The notes beneath the pieces were generated by a model that had not been told where the DNA came from, did not search any database, and was given only the letters and a program-made list of their open reading frames with translations. Shown here piece after piece: positions 13,041 through 24,202 of a DNA stretch of 64,000 nt. A program made the translations under genes and the position numbers. The stretch covers positions 6,144,548 to 6,208,547 of the forward strand of contig JBNZDD010013721.1 in assembly GCA_050575255.1 (NCBI GenBank), read 5' to 3'. Position 1 is the stretch's first letter. The number at the start of each line of letters is the position of its first letter. This stretch comes from Harriotta raleighana. Its lineage: Eukaryota.

Positions 13041-13205
13041 AGAACCTGTGGGGGAATTACCTGAATAAAGATGTGATAGTGGAGAAAGAAGGGCTACAGT
13101 CTATCACCGTGGACACCGTACCCAACATGGACCAACCTTATGTGTTCACTGACATGACGTCTTACTTCACACTGTTGGTTGGCATCTACTTTCCTTCTGT
13201 AACAG
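13041..13205 (+). CDS. SLC12A5: KCC2 exon 9 (165 bp): [43 protein letters not shown]
   Basis: Polypyrimidine tract plus cag acceptor, gtaagt donor; TM6 motif IYFPSVTG. Confidence 0.96.
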
Positions 13206-13254
13206 GTAAGTTATGTTCATTAATGGAACTCAGCAGCATACGGTACAATTTTCA

Positions 13255-13560
13255 TTTGTACACTATAACAACGTTCACATCAAGAGGGCATCTCAAAGCT
13301 TTTGACATTGCTGAATTGGCTTTGAGCAGAGAATGGGGGAGAGGGGAAAGATGACCGAAACCACTGTCGAAGAAGCACGTTTTTTTGAGATGGACCTTGA
13401 ACAATGGGACAGAGGGAGCAAGTCGGAGAGACACTGTGAATGGAGTTCCAGAAAGTGGGGGAATAATGGCTGAAAGCCTGCCCACCAATGGTGCAACAGA
13501 TAGTGAGGGAGACACAAAGCAGAACAGTGTGAAGAGAAGTAGCCAGAGTCAATGTGGTTG
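13255..13560 (-). mobile_element. L2 LINE 3' fragment
   Basis: Minus ORF ..TIGGQAFSHYSPTFWNSI.. resembles the C-terminus of L2 ORF2 and the + copy at 17735. Confidence 0.75.
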
Positions 13561-14375
13561 AAGGATGTCGCAGAGGTGGGGTGAGGCTGTGGAGACATTT
13601 GCACGTGAAAGAGAGACCACTCCTAATATTATTGCCACTCTAGTCCCAATTGGTGGTATAGGCACACAACAACAACAAAATTACATTTATAGAGCGCCTT
13701 TCACATTGGGAGGACATCCCAAGGCATCCCACACCTATACTATCTGCAGGATATCTTGAGTTTTCATTTGTTCCTCATTTATTGAATCCAACTGAATAAG
13801 TCACAGCGAATATCTGAGGTTATTTTGATGTTAAAGAAAGGTCTAAGGCACAGTGAGCTGTGCAAATTACTTCCCTCATAAGAAGTCCTAGGCCACAAAC
13901 AGACTTTATTTTCTATTCTAAGTTTAACTTTGGTCTGTTGTTCATTTACATTAAATCAATAAGATTTAATTACCCGTGAGAACTCCCATTCATATCTTGC
14001 TAATGAAATCAAGGGCTACTTTGTATCCTAGAGCACTTCACAATAATAATCCCTGCCTATCATTTGAATGATAGGAACTAAGTGTCTATCTTTTTATTAA
14101 AATTTACACAGGTATGGCGGGTGGTTGGGGGGTGGGGGGGGGGGGGTTCGTTGAGCAGAGTTCTAATCATGCCTTCCCAACGTTCACAATGCTGCAAGTG
14201 AAAAGTGAAAAGAAGAGTTCCCACTTGAATTGCTATGAACATAGATTCATTCTGCATCACTCGGCACAGTATAAAAAGCAGCATTAATCTGTTCTTCACT
14301 GTAATTTTTTTTCACCAATGGCATGTATCGCAAAGGAATTTGGGTTGTTTTATCTGAGGGCTCAACTGCAGGGAT

Positions 14376-14632
14376 GAATAATAATCATTCTTGCATTTGA
14401 TATAGAACGGAAACATCTCAAAGCATTTCACACGATTTACGAAAGAAAAAAGAACAATAATAATTTGGTCACTCAATCCACGATTGTTTGTCGGACACTG
14501 CTGTGAGCAATCGGCTGCTGTGTGTCATGCACAAAATATACAGTCAATTCACTTTACAGTGTATTCTGTGAAGCACTTTGAGACATCTCAAAGCTATGAC
14601 AAGGCCTGTATCAAGTGAAAGGATTATTATTA
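14376..14632. mobile_element. Minus family A tail (14376-14440) followed by plus family A 3' half (14450-14632)
   Basis: AATAATAATCATTCTTGCATTTGATA.. then TTGGTCACTCAATCCACGATTGTTTGTCGGACACTG..GGATTATTATTAT. Confidence 0.7.
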
Positions 14633-15364
14633 TGCCTTTTGCTCATTCCCACTGAATGCTGCTTGTTGATGGGTCAAGGGGTTAACAGGATTCTATGCTA
14701 TCTAATCATAGCCCATTCAGTGAAGAGCTTGCCTCAACCTTTGTACAATCAAGTTGACAACAAATATCAAGCAAATACCTCATTAACCACTCTGGCAAAA
14801 CAATCTTAAGCCCTACTTCCCAGTAATTGTAATTCATGAACTCCTGAACCTTGTCTGTTGAATCCTCGGCCAATTTTAAATGTAGAATCAAACAGCACTT
14901 TGAAGTCATCTGTGATATAAAATAATTAATTGTGGTGTTCTATAGCTGAGTGGTTAAGGCTTGGGTTTGATTCCCAGACAGGGTGAAATGCTGGTCAGGT
15001 TTCCTTACTCCACAATTGTCTACCCATTTAACAATCGGTGAGATTCGCAATGAGATTGTATGCAAATCCATGAACAACATTGAGGAAAGCTATCTGATCT
15101 CAATTGCTATTTATTTCATGGTCCTTGTTTGGAGAAGGGAGGAGGGGGGGGCAGGGATTTAATTATGGCTAATTTGCATTAATTACCCATGCTAATTTCG
15201 TTGCAGTGAACATTTGCGTTTAGAACAACAAGTAAGTATTCGTTGGGATTTAAGTATGCAAATCCCAGTTTTGTATAACAGCTATTATTCATATCCTATT
15301 CAGGTTTAATTAATTAAATAGAAGATATTTGATTGGAGAAGGTGAGGACAGACAGATGTCAAAC

Positions 15365-15745
15365 TGGCACAGTGGTTAGCAATCAGAAGGTCATGGATTC
15401 AAATCCCATGTTTGGATTTTGAGCTCCTGGACTGGTAACTAAGTGCTGGGGGTGTGCAGCATTGTAAAAGGTGCTGTTCTTCAGATGTAGACATTAAACC
15501 AAAGTCGTGTATGCATATTCAAGTGCACTTTAAAGATCTTATGGCACTGTTTGAAAGGCCAACAATTCTTCAGACAAACATTAGTCATTTACTTCAAGGC
15601 TGTGTGCAAGAGATTGTTGAGTGCAAATTGACTGCTGTGTTTGCCTACAAAATACTCGCATAACAGTAACATTCTTTTGAAGTGCTTTGAGACGTCCTCC
15701 CAAGATGAAGAAGCCCAATATCAAATACAAGAATTATAACTTTAT
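15365..15745 (+). mobile_element. Family B SINE
   Basis: TGGCACAGTGGTTAGCAATCAGAAGGTCATGGATTCAAATCCC..TTCAGATGTAGACATTAAACC..AAAGATCTTATGGCACTGTTTGAA.. Confidence 0.65.
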
Positions 15746-16369
15746 TTATCACTCCAACCCACTGGAGCTACAATTCACTGTCTGTAAATTGCTCACTCTT
15801 AATCACATATGAAGTTCACTAAGTGGAAAAAAACGCATAATTTTCAACGTCCTGGTATGAAACCCCACAGTCAAAGATGAGCAGCTGTGCTGACTGATTG
15901 CACCAACCACAGAGAACACTGATTCCCCACTGGACTAACTGTCAATGAAATGTCAGCAATGCTGACTTACTTTAACATATAATTGAAAAAAATGCTTCTA
16001 ATGATCTGATTATGCCCCAAATAAATAAGTTATTAAATAACTGTCCCAATGCAACACAGTAACCATCAGGTATTAAAGCGTACTGACTTGGGCCATCTTA
16101 TATCAAACAATGAATTAAATTAAATAATGGATGGAGCTGAATTTTGTAGTTTTTAATGTAGTGGTTAAATTTAATAGTAGCAAGGACATTAAGTATGAAT
16201 GTCTGCTCAGTCTTTACCTGAAAGCATTCTGAAATGCTACCCTGTATGCAGCACAGTATATTACAGCAAATTGTTGTTGCTTGAAAACCATTTTGTTTAA
16301 AATCAAGATTGCACAAAATCAGGGAAATGTTTGAATTCCATCTTAGTTTGAAAATCAATGCTCCTGAAA

Positions 16370-16728
16370 GCTTGGCTTTGGTGTGTTAATTATGTCTGGC
16401 TGTCAGCACTGAGTCACGAGGCGTGCGTTCAAGCTCCACAGCTGGATTTTGTTAGAAGTGACTTCTTCAGATGAGACATTAAACTGACGTCCCATCTATC
16501 AGTTCAATTGAGTTTTAAAAGTCCTGTGGTACAATTTAAAAAAAAAAGAAAAGTGAGTTTCTCCTGGGCAGATTTTAGTGTATGTTCAGTCTCATAAGGT
16601 CGCCTGTGAGAAATTGCTGTGGCAAATTGGCTGCTGCATTACAGCTACCATTACAGTAAATCCTGTGAAGCACTTTGAGATGTTAAGGTGATAAAGTGCT
16701 ATCTCAAATGCAAGGATTATTATAATAA
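16370..16728 (+). mobile_element. Family B SINE
   Basis: CTGAGTCACGAGG..GTTCAAGCTCCAC..TTCAGATGAGACATTAAACTGA..AAATTGGCTGCTGCATT..AAATGCAAGGATTATTAT. Confidence 0.65.
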
Positions 16729-16914
16729 CTTGCAACATTATTTAAATCGAAAACTGTAAAACTGGTTTTCATCAGATAATTTTTCTTGGCACTGTACTAT
16801 ATTTCTCTATTTTGTTTAATTTTCCTTTTGTTACCTAATCAATGGACAATATAATACTGTACACAGTTGTGGAAAAGTAACCAATGGTATTTTCACTTAA
16901 TGCGATGAAGACCT

Positions 16915-17058
16915 GACTGGCAGCAAGTTGATGCTATGCCACCATGTTTCTCTCATAAATATGCAGTCAATTCATTTTATTGTATATTCTGTGAAGCACT
17001 TTGAGACATCTTGAAGATGTGATAAGGTGCTATATCAAATGCAAAGATTATTATTATG
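16915..17058 (+). mobile_element. Family A SINE tail ending ~28 nt upstream of the exon 10 acceptor
   Basis: ATATGCAGTCAATTCA..TATTCTGTGAAGCACTTTGAGACATC..TATATCAAATGCAAAGATTATTATTAT. Confidence 0.8.
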
Positions 17059-17086
17059 TTTGTTTGCTTCATGATTTTTCTTTCAG

Positions 17087-17185
17087 GAATTATGGCTGGT
17101 TCAAATCGATCTGGAGATCTTAGGGATGCTCAGAAATCTATTCCAATTGGTACCATAATGGCAATAACAACCACGTCTGCTGTCT
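17087..17185 (+). CDS. SLC12A5: KCC2 exon 10 (99 bp): [33 protein letters not shown]
   Basis: tttcag acceptor; followed by U12 donor GTATCCTTTT. Confidence 0.96.
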
Positions 17186-17289
17186 GTATCCTTTTATTTA
17201 ACACACAACATGCTAAACTTCTCCTGGTAACATCATTTCGTGACAATTTTCATCACTGGAGCACATGAAGCATGAATCCAAGCATGTCA

Positions 17290-17540
17290 GTGCAAAATCT
17301 TGGGTACATTTCCTTACTCCACACGCCCAATAATAATCCCTCAAAAAAAATGGTCATTTCAATCCACCACTGTTTGTGGGACACTGCTGTACACAATTGG
17401 TGGCTGCGTTTCACCCACAAGTATACAGTCAATTCACTTTACAGTATATTCTGTGAAGATCTTTGAGATATCTAGAAGACCTGAAAATCGCTACATCAAA
17501 TGTGAGGATTATGATTATTATTATGAATTGTTATTATAAA
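17290..17540 (+). mobile_element. Family A SINE, head truncated
   Basis: TTTCCTTACTCCACACGCCCAATAATAATCCCTC..TGTTTGTGGGACACTGCTG..; explains ORF 17300-17539. Confidence 0.85.
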
Positions 17541-17734
17541 TAGTTATTAAGCACAGAGACGGACAACCAAGGCCTTTAATGCTTTGATCTATGCTTTTTA
17601 ATTCAGAGGTTTTCAAATGTGTTATAAAGGCGCTATATGAATAATTTTGATTGATTGATAATATCAGGCATGAGAAAGCTTTCTTTCACTCACCTTGTAC
17701 GGGATACAAGTGTGGGTTGTTTTCCTCATGACAT

Positions 17735-18129
17735 TAACCACCTATCTCTCTGACCTGCTGTCTCCCTATCAGCCTGCCCACACCCTCCGTTCAGCAGATT
17801 CAGGCCTGCTCCGCGTCCACCGCCCTGACCGCCCAATCATCGGTGGCCGGGCTTTTAGCCTCTCTTCCCCCACACTATGGAACTCCATTCCGCAGTCCCT
17901 CTGCCTTGCTTCCTCCCTTTCCTCCTTCAAGGCCAGTCTCAAGACCTTCCTCTTCGACCGCGCCTTTGGCTCCCCTCCGACTCTTTCCCCTCTCCCACTT
18001 TCCATCCCCCTCCCCCTGCCCCTGACCCTCCTCCTCTGATCGGGTCCCGACCTGACTGTTCAGCGCTTTGGGACGACTTCCCGACGTGAAAGGCGCTAAA
18101 CAAGTGTAATTTTGTTGTTGTTGTTGTTG
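17735..18129 (+). mobile_element. L2 LINE 3' end (ORF2 C-terminus, 3' UTR and (TTG)n tail)
   Basis: ORF 17695-18039 YLSDLLSPYQPAHTLRSADSGLL..GGRAFS..PTLWNSIP..SFKASLKTFLF, typical of the L2 ORF2 C-terminus; tail AGCGCTTTGGGACG..GTGAAAGGCGCTA..(TTG)n. Confidence 0.88.
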
Positions 18130-19443
18130 ACAATGGATTTGTTAGTATTCCATTCCTGTTCTGCATTCATTTTTTAATACACAATGGACCCCATTTTGGA
18201 CAAAGTAGCAAAGTACCACTCTATCTCAGCTTACCTCCCAGTTTTTCCCAATAGGGGCATTGATGAGCCATATAATGCAACGTGGGTATTTCCTAACAGA
18301 AATAGAACCATCCTTTTGAGATATTTACATCACTTGATATTGTAGCTCATTCCAGGAAGAATCAAACATAGAATCCATCAGACCAAATAAAGCACTGTTT
18401 AACTATAGGTAAAAATCACCCAATGCATCGCACAGTGAGTGGCTTAGAAATCTCGTACAATATATCTTTAGAATTAGAAATATAAAGACTTAATATAAAT
18501 AAATATGAAGACTTGACCTCTCATAGCATTTGTATTCTCACCCAGTTACAATATTCGTTTCTTCCAAGAGCAATCCAACAGACAAACAGTGGAGAGAACA
18601 AATTGCAGCATTACAAAGTCCAGGCTGATCTTTATGAGCTTAATGTTTTTCAACAATAAATGGGGAAAGGGATAGTACCATAGTGACATTGTTAATGGAT
18701 TTCCATGGGAGATTGTGTCCATAATTTACCCACACAGTTGTGCTATTAATGGAGGAACGGAGGGCAGGATGTCCCTGGTGTGGGAGAGGGAGGAAACCTT
18801 ACCTTGGAGTGTTCTCGTGCGCCTACATTTGGAAAGAGCCATCATCAAGGAACAGGTTAGGCTCCGGTCTCTCACTCAGAATCCTGTGAGGGGAAATCAG
18901 GAGATAATTTACAGCATGGGAAGTCATGTGAATGAGTGCTATCAAAAGAAGATAGACACCATAATGTAGCCTGCTACAAAATCCTGCACCAAAGCGATGG
19001 AACTGCAGGGTAGCCAACAAGGCAGAAGCCCTGCTCTGCACACCAATCATTAATAAACATCAACTAATGGTTGAGCCAAGCTCCAGTGCCAGCGTAGTGG
19101 ATGATTCACAGACTGTCAGTGAAGCTTGTCATGGTCTATGAGAAACAAGGAATCACCCAAATAATGTGTTTTTTTTGGCTTTGCACCAAAATTAACAGAA
19201 GTGCTGTGAATGAGAAACTGCTCAACAATAATTTGCGTTTACATAGTGCCCTTCACATGGAATAGTAGCTGCGACAAGGGCAAACATACCGAATTGTAGA
19301 ATTTGCAAGGAGCCGGTGGTTTTATGGTCAGGAATTATTTTCTTCCTAAGGAACCCATCATTTGACCATTTGTTCACCAGAGTTATGATGTTCATACACA
19401 ATCCGGATATCAAGCCTTATTTATCCTTAACGGCCCATCTCAG

Positions 19444-19501
19444 ATGTGTCCACCATCATTCTCTTTGGGGCATGCATTGAAGGGGTGGTGCTTCGAGACA
19501 A
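19444..19501 (+). CDS. SLC12A5: KCC2 exon 11 (58 bp): YVSTIILFGACIEGVVLRDK
   Basis: U12 acceptor, gtaagt donor; phases match exons 10 and 12. Not in the ORF track. Confidence 0.95.
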
Positions 19502-21042
19502 GTAAGTTCATTCCATTCAACTGCTGATAAAAATGAATGGTAATGGTGTGTGGTGCAGGAAGAGGTGGATATATAAAGCTGTCAGCTCTTTTTTGTGTTG
19601 CACATCACGATCTTGGAACAGAGTCGATTACAGAGTGAAACAAAAAATATTCACTGAGTTCAGCACAGCAATCAATCGCTCCTAATGGCTTGGCGGGCAC
19701 GTCCTCAGGGCTCCATGCTTGGTCCTCTCCTCTTTCGACCCAGTTTTAACCCCTGGTCTGCACTGAATTAGTTGATCTTAGCTGTAGCAGTGATCAAGAT
19801 GCTTCACAATTGTTTTCTTTGTGCATCAATCAGTGCAAGGCAAGGTAAAGCAGATATAGATATTCTATTCTTCCCCAAGAGCCTGCTTCAACCCTAGAAG
19901 ATCCATCCTTCCCATTTTATTTCTCTACACCAGTCATACCTCCACAGTCTCTTTGATTGAGATTGCCAATTGTCCAACTCACTGAACCATCAATTCCCGA
20001 GGAAAGCACATTTAAAAGCCACTCAAATTGCAGTCTGGAGGATAAATTGAGAAAAAGTGCTTTGAGTGACAAAATAACCAAACAAAATTGAATGCATTTA
20101 AGGATATATTCGAGAGAGAGAGAGACCAAGTGAAACAAATATTTTGTAGAAGCCACACACTGCATTGTTTTCTACATCTCTCCGGACTGAAATTGTAACA
20201 GTCATAAGGTTAGATATTCCCACTGCTCGTGGCCTGTATAGCCATTTTATCTCGAATGTATAAGATGGTGTAGACTCAGGGAATATTCAGAAGCCGGTTT
20301 GTGATAAGGAACAACTTCCAAATTCAGGTTCACCAAAAACTTTCGACACTTAAATTTTAAAATAGAATGGATACCTGGGCTGAGGCTATATGGAGTTTTA
20401 GGCTTCTGATTGGTAAATTTTTTATTTAATCACCAATGTTTCCATTATTATGTTAAATGCATCTCGATTCACAATTGTTCAGGAGAGCATAAATTGCCCA
20501 TGAAATACACAGCCAATCCACTTTACAGCATATCCCCTGAAGCACTTTGAAATGTCTCAACAATGTGATAAGGTGCTACAATCAAGTGCAGGAATTACAG
20601 AAGTAGTGGAAGCATCTATGGCACAAGCAAAAGTGTCTGGAACGTCCATCTGTTGTATGAATGGGATAGATCATGCCTTCAGCTCGTGACAGAATTAGAA
20701 TGTCTATAAGAGGGTCAAAAAGCACAAGAGATACAAATTAAATTTGCATTGTTCTAAATCCCCTTGCTTGTGCATCCAATTATATCATTCAGCACCTGTA
20801 AACTCCCCTGGTGCCAGTATAATTGTAATAGTCCCGCTGTTGTTGAGCATGTTTTGAATAAACATCTGGTTTGCTGTGAATTTGAGATGTTTATCAAGTC
20901 TGAAGGGTTACTTCTGTACATCATCACTTCCACTTTGATTTGTATAAATTTTGGCATTCATACTTTTTCCAGTAATGAATAAATTAACTGCACCTTCACA
21001 GTACTGTATATATTCATATGAGTTTTATGAACAAAAATATGT

Positions 21043-21245
21043 AGTTTCACCCACAAAATATAGTCAATTCACATTACATTATATTCTGTGACGTTTCAAA
21101 GACGTTTCAAAGATGTGTTAAGACATTATATCAAATCAAAGATTAATAATAGTAATAATGATATTCCTTGCATTTGATATAGCGCTATTCACGTCTTCTA
21201 GATGTCTCAAAGCACTTCACAGAATATACTTTTGTGGGTGAAACT
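21043..21245. repeat. Tail-to-tail inverted pair of family A SINE 3' ends (~200-bp hairpin)
   Basis: AGTTTCACCCACAAAA (21043-21058) is the exact reverse complement of TTTTGTGGGTGAAACT (21230-21245); the arms meet at a TAA-rich junction near 21150. Confidence 0.8.
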
Positions 21246-23044
21246 CATTATTATTATTATTTTAATACTATTAATAAAAGCAAAACATTCTTGCAGAGGA
21301 ACAAGAGTAAACTTCTAGCACCAGCTGACAACCAAAACACAACAACAAAATTACATTGGTACAGTACCTTTCACTTGTCCCTCACACAGAGTAACCCTGA
21401 CCCTCCTGGTGAGCTCAAATCTAAAACCTCAGATATGTTGTCTCACTTTTGGACACAAATATTGAAGGTTGTTTAAATAAGCCTGTAGATAGAGCATAAA
21501 TCCATGGACTACAAGCAATTGATGAAGAATTATTTAGATCAGAATTTTATTGTTGGGTCCAACTACCATCACTGTACTTAAGAATAAATAATACAGTAAA
21601 AATTATTCACAGACAGGCAAACAAAGTTGATTGAGATTGTACATCATTGAGCCAGACCAAGGAACTGAAACTGTAAGTGTGATACAGGTGGTAAAAAAAA
21701 ACAATATATTCTAAGATCAATTTTCAGTACCTATTTCTAGAAAATGGTTTGCTCGTCAATGGAGAGGGATGTTAATACTATGAAATAGCACAACTCTTAA
21801 TGCAGAGTGTGAATATTGACCACTCCCTAGATTAGGTGCAACGTAGTTGGGTACAAAGTAAGGCTATCTCTGCACCCAAAGCACGTCTTTGCCCCAGCCT
21901 CAGAAAGACAGCCTTAACTGCATCAAAAAGATGTCAAGCCCTTTTGATACCAATCATCTAGATGCCACTGTGAATTAGATTGACAGTTGAAATAGAATTC
22001 GGAGCAGTTTTGTATATGAAGCACATACGTATATATAATTCAAGGAACAGGGCTGAGGCTGCCTAAAACCAAACCTATTTCGCAACCCCCTACATTTCAC
22101 AGAGAAGGAGAGAAATCTTCATGTCCTCTGTCTATACTGAACTGCATTCTAACTCACAGAGGTGAAAAGGGAAAATTCTAACCCACTCAATCAACCATTC
22201 AGTTTCCCAACCAATCTCTTTTTTTTTTAGAAAGCAGCAATCTATGTCAATTATATTTCTAAATAGAAAACCAATTCCTGTGAATGTGAATCACTAACTA
22301 AAATGAGGAAATAACAGAGTTCCATCAAATTGCTTTTTTTTTGGTCAACTGGGTGCTGAGACATAGATACCCATCACTGTACCTGAACTAAACTACTGAG
22401 AGTTCCACAAATGTATGAAAATATCCCATTACTCCTAATATATATGAGCGTTTGCACGTATATCTGGAATTTGCTTTATGAGGTTAGAAACAAAAATTAC
22501 TAACAGCTAAATGACTTCAGGTAAATAGGTTCTGAACTGCTCCATATGTTTGCAGCCCAAATCTGACACCTTGTGGCCTCACAGCAATTTTCTCTACCCT
22601 TGATTAAGCCAGCATCGCATTTGACATAGAAATATTATGAACTAAGCGTATTAAGATTTATCACAGGCTCATGACCTGAAACACCAGAGCAGCAAGTCTG
22701 CACTGAAATCATAGCACTGTTTCTGAGACTAATCTCTAGTGTTACAGGGACATGCTATGAATAACAAGTAGATAATCAAGGATCATTAGCCTTGAATAAA
22801 GACAATCTAGAGAGTCATGTAACTGTATAAATTCCACTTAGTCCCATCTTGGATTATTCGAGTCTTGAAATTCATGATGCCTAGAATTGTGAAAAATTCT
22901 TAAATCCAGTCTTGGTTTGGAAGCCCTATTTCCACGTCTTAAAAAAAATGTTAAGACAAAGTGGTCTTATAGTATTAGGTAGAATGTCATAGGGGTAGCA
23001 TTTCATAAATTTCAACTAAACTTTGATTTACTCAATATTCCATG

Positions 23045-23451
23045 TCAGCCTGGATCAGTGGTAGCACTCTCAGCTCTGAGTCAGAAAAGGTTGTGGGTTG
23101 AAGCCCTATGTTGGCACTTGGAATCACATTGTCTAAGCAGACACTCCCAATGCAGCGCTGCAGGTGAGGGGTTGCATTGTCGGAGCTACCGTCCATCAGA
23201 TGAGATGTTAAACCAAATCGGTGGATTTTCTAGATCCCATTGGCACTATTCGAAAACTGAAGGGTGCCTGAGTCCTGGCCAACAACACCACCCCCAAAAA
23301 CAAAATTGGTCACTCATGCCACATTTCAGTGTACAAACTGGCTGCCACATTTCACTGAAAAAGAAACTTTACAGGATATCCTGGGAAATGCTTTGAAGCA
23401 TCTTGACAACATGATAGAGCACTATATTGAACACAGTCATTATTATTATTA
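23045..23451 (+). mobile_element. Family B (SacSINE1-like) SINE, best-preserved copy
   Basis: GTCAGCCTGGATCAGTGGTAGCACTCTC..CTCTGAGTCAGAAAAGGTTGTGGGTTGAAGCCC..TGCATTGTCGGAG..CAGATGAGATGTTAAACC..AGATCCCATTGGCACTATTCGAA..GTCCTGGCCAAC; explains ORF 23058-23396. Confidence 0.75.
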
Positions 23452-23683
23452 GCATTTCTGAATTTGCCATTTTTAAAATAGTCTAAATTTTGAAGCCAGT
23501 TTTCAGTATGTACCTTAAGAACTGCAGAAAACTGCAGAGTTCGGAGATAAGACTAAATTTATTCATTTAGCTAAATTGTGGATGCTCTGAAATGAGTAAC
23601 TCGGGACCCAGATGGAATTTGTCCCCCTTAGCTTGTCATAAAATATTGATGCCAGTCAGAATAATGTTAGATGAACTGTATAC

Positions 23684-24010
23684 TGAACTCCTGTAGCTCA
23701 GTGGTTAGAGCACTCACCTTACAAGCACGAAACCTGTGTTTGAATCCAGGCAGATCAGGGCGAAACCTTGGGCAAGTTTCCTTACTCCACACGCTTAATA
23801 ATAATCCGTCCAAAAAAAACACAATAATAAAAATTTAGTCCTTTTCAATCCACGACTATTTGTGGGACACTGCTGTGCGCAATTGGCTGCCGCATTTCAC
23901 CCACAAATATACAGTCACTCTACCATATATTCTGTGAAGCGCTTTGAGATGTTGATAAGATGTGAAAAGTGCTGTATCCAAATGCAAGAATTATTCTTAT
24001 TATTATTATA
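23684..24010 (+). mobile_element. Family A SINE, full length, tail ~16 nt upstream of the exon 12 acceptor
   Basis: A box TAGCTCAGTGG, B-box-like GTTTGAATCC, core and (TAT)n tail. Confidence 0.9.
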
Positions 24011-24027
24011 CCAATTTTTATTTTCAG

Positions 24028-24202
24028 GTTTGGAGAAGCAGTGAATGGGAATCTTGTGATCGGTACCCTATCCTGGCCATCTCCGTGGGTTATTGTCTTT
24101 GGCTCTTTGTTCTCTACATGTGGTGCTGGTCTACAGAGCCTTACCGGTGCACCTCGCCTGCTGCAGGCTATCGCTCGAGATGGGATTGTACCGTTCCTAC
24201 GG
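24028..24202 (+). CDS. SLC12A5: KCC2 exon 12 (175 bp): [58 protein letters not shown]
   Basis: ttttcag acceptor, gtgggt donor; ORF 23969-24385. Confidence 0.96.

Larger units (their letters stand above)
17186..19443 (+). other. SLC12A5: U12-type (minor spliceosome) GT-AG intron 10
   Basis: 5' splice site GTATCCTTTT; branch site TCCTTAAC at 19424-19431, ~10 nt before the CAG, with no long polypyrimidine tract. Confidence 0.93.

Noticed and set aside
14117-14147. G-runs as functional G-quadruplexes (also ~6120-6200 and ~55080)
   Set aside because: Simple homopolymer or low-complexity tracts with no supporting context.
17695-18039. 114-aa ORF as a nested gene
   Set aside because: It is the C-terminus of L2 ORF2 in a 5'-truncated retroposon copy, with no RT or endonuclease domain.
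20788-20808. TTCAGCACC as an RE1/NRSE silencer
   Set aside because: Only the left half-site is present; no GGACAG right half at canonical spacing.
23684-23760. tRNA-like sequence (TAGCTCAGTGGTTAGAGCAC..GTTTGAATCC)
   Set aside because: SINE head continuing into the SINE body; no complete cloverleaf. The same holds for other copies.
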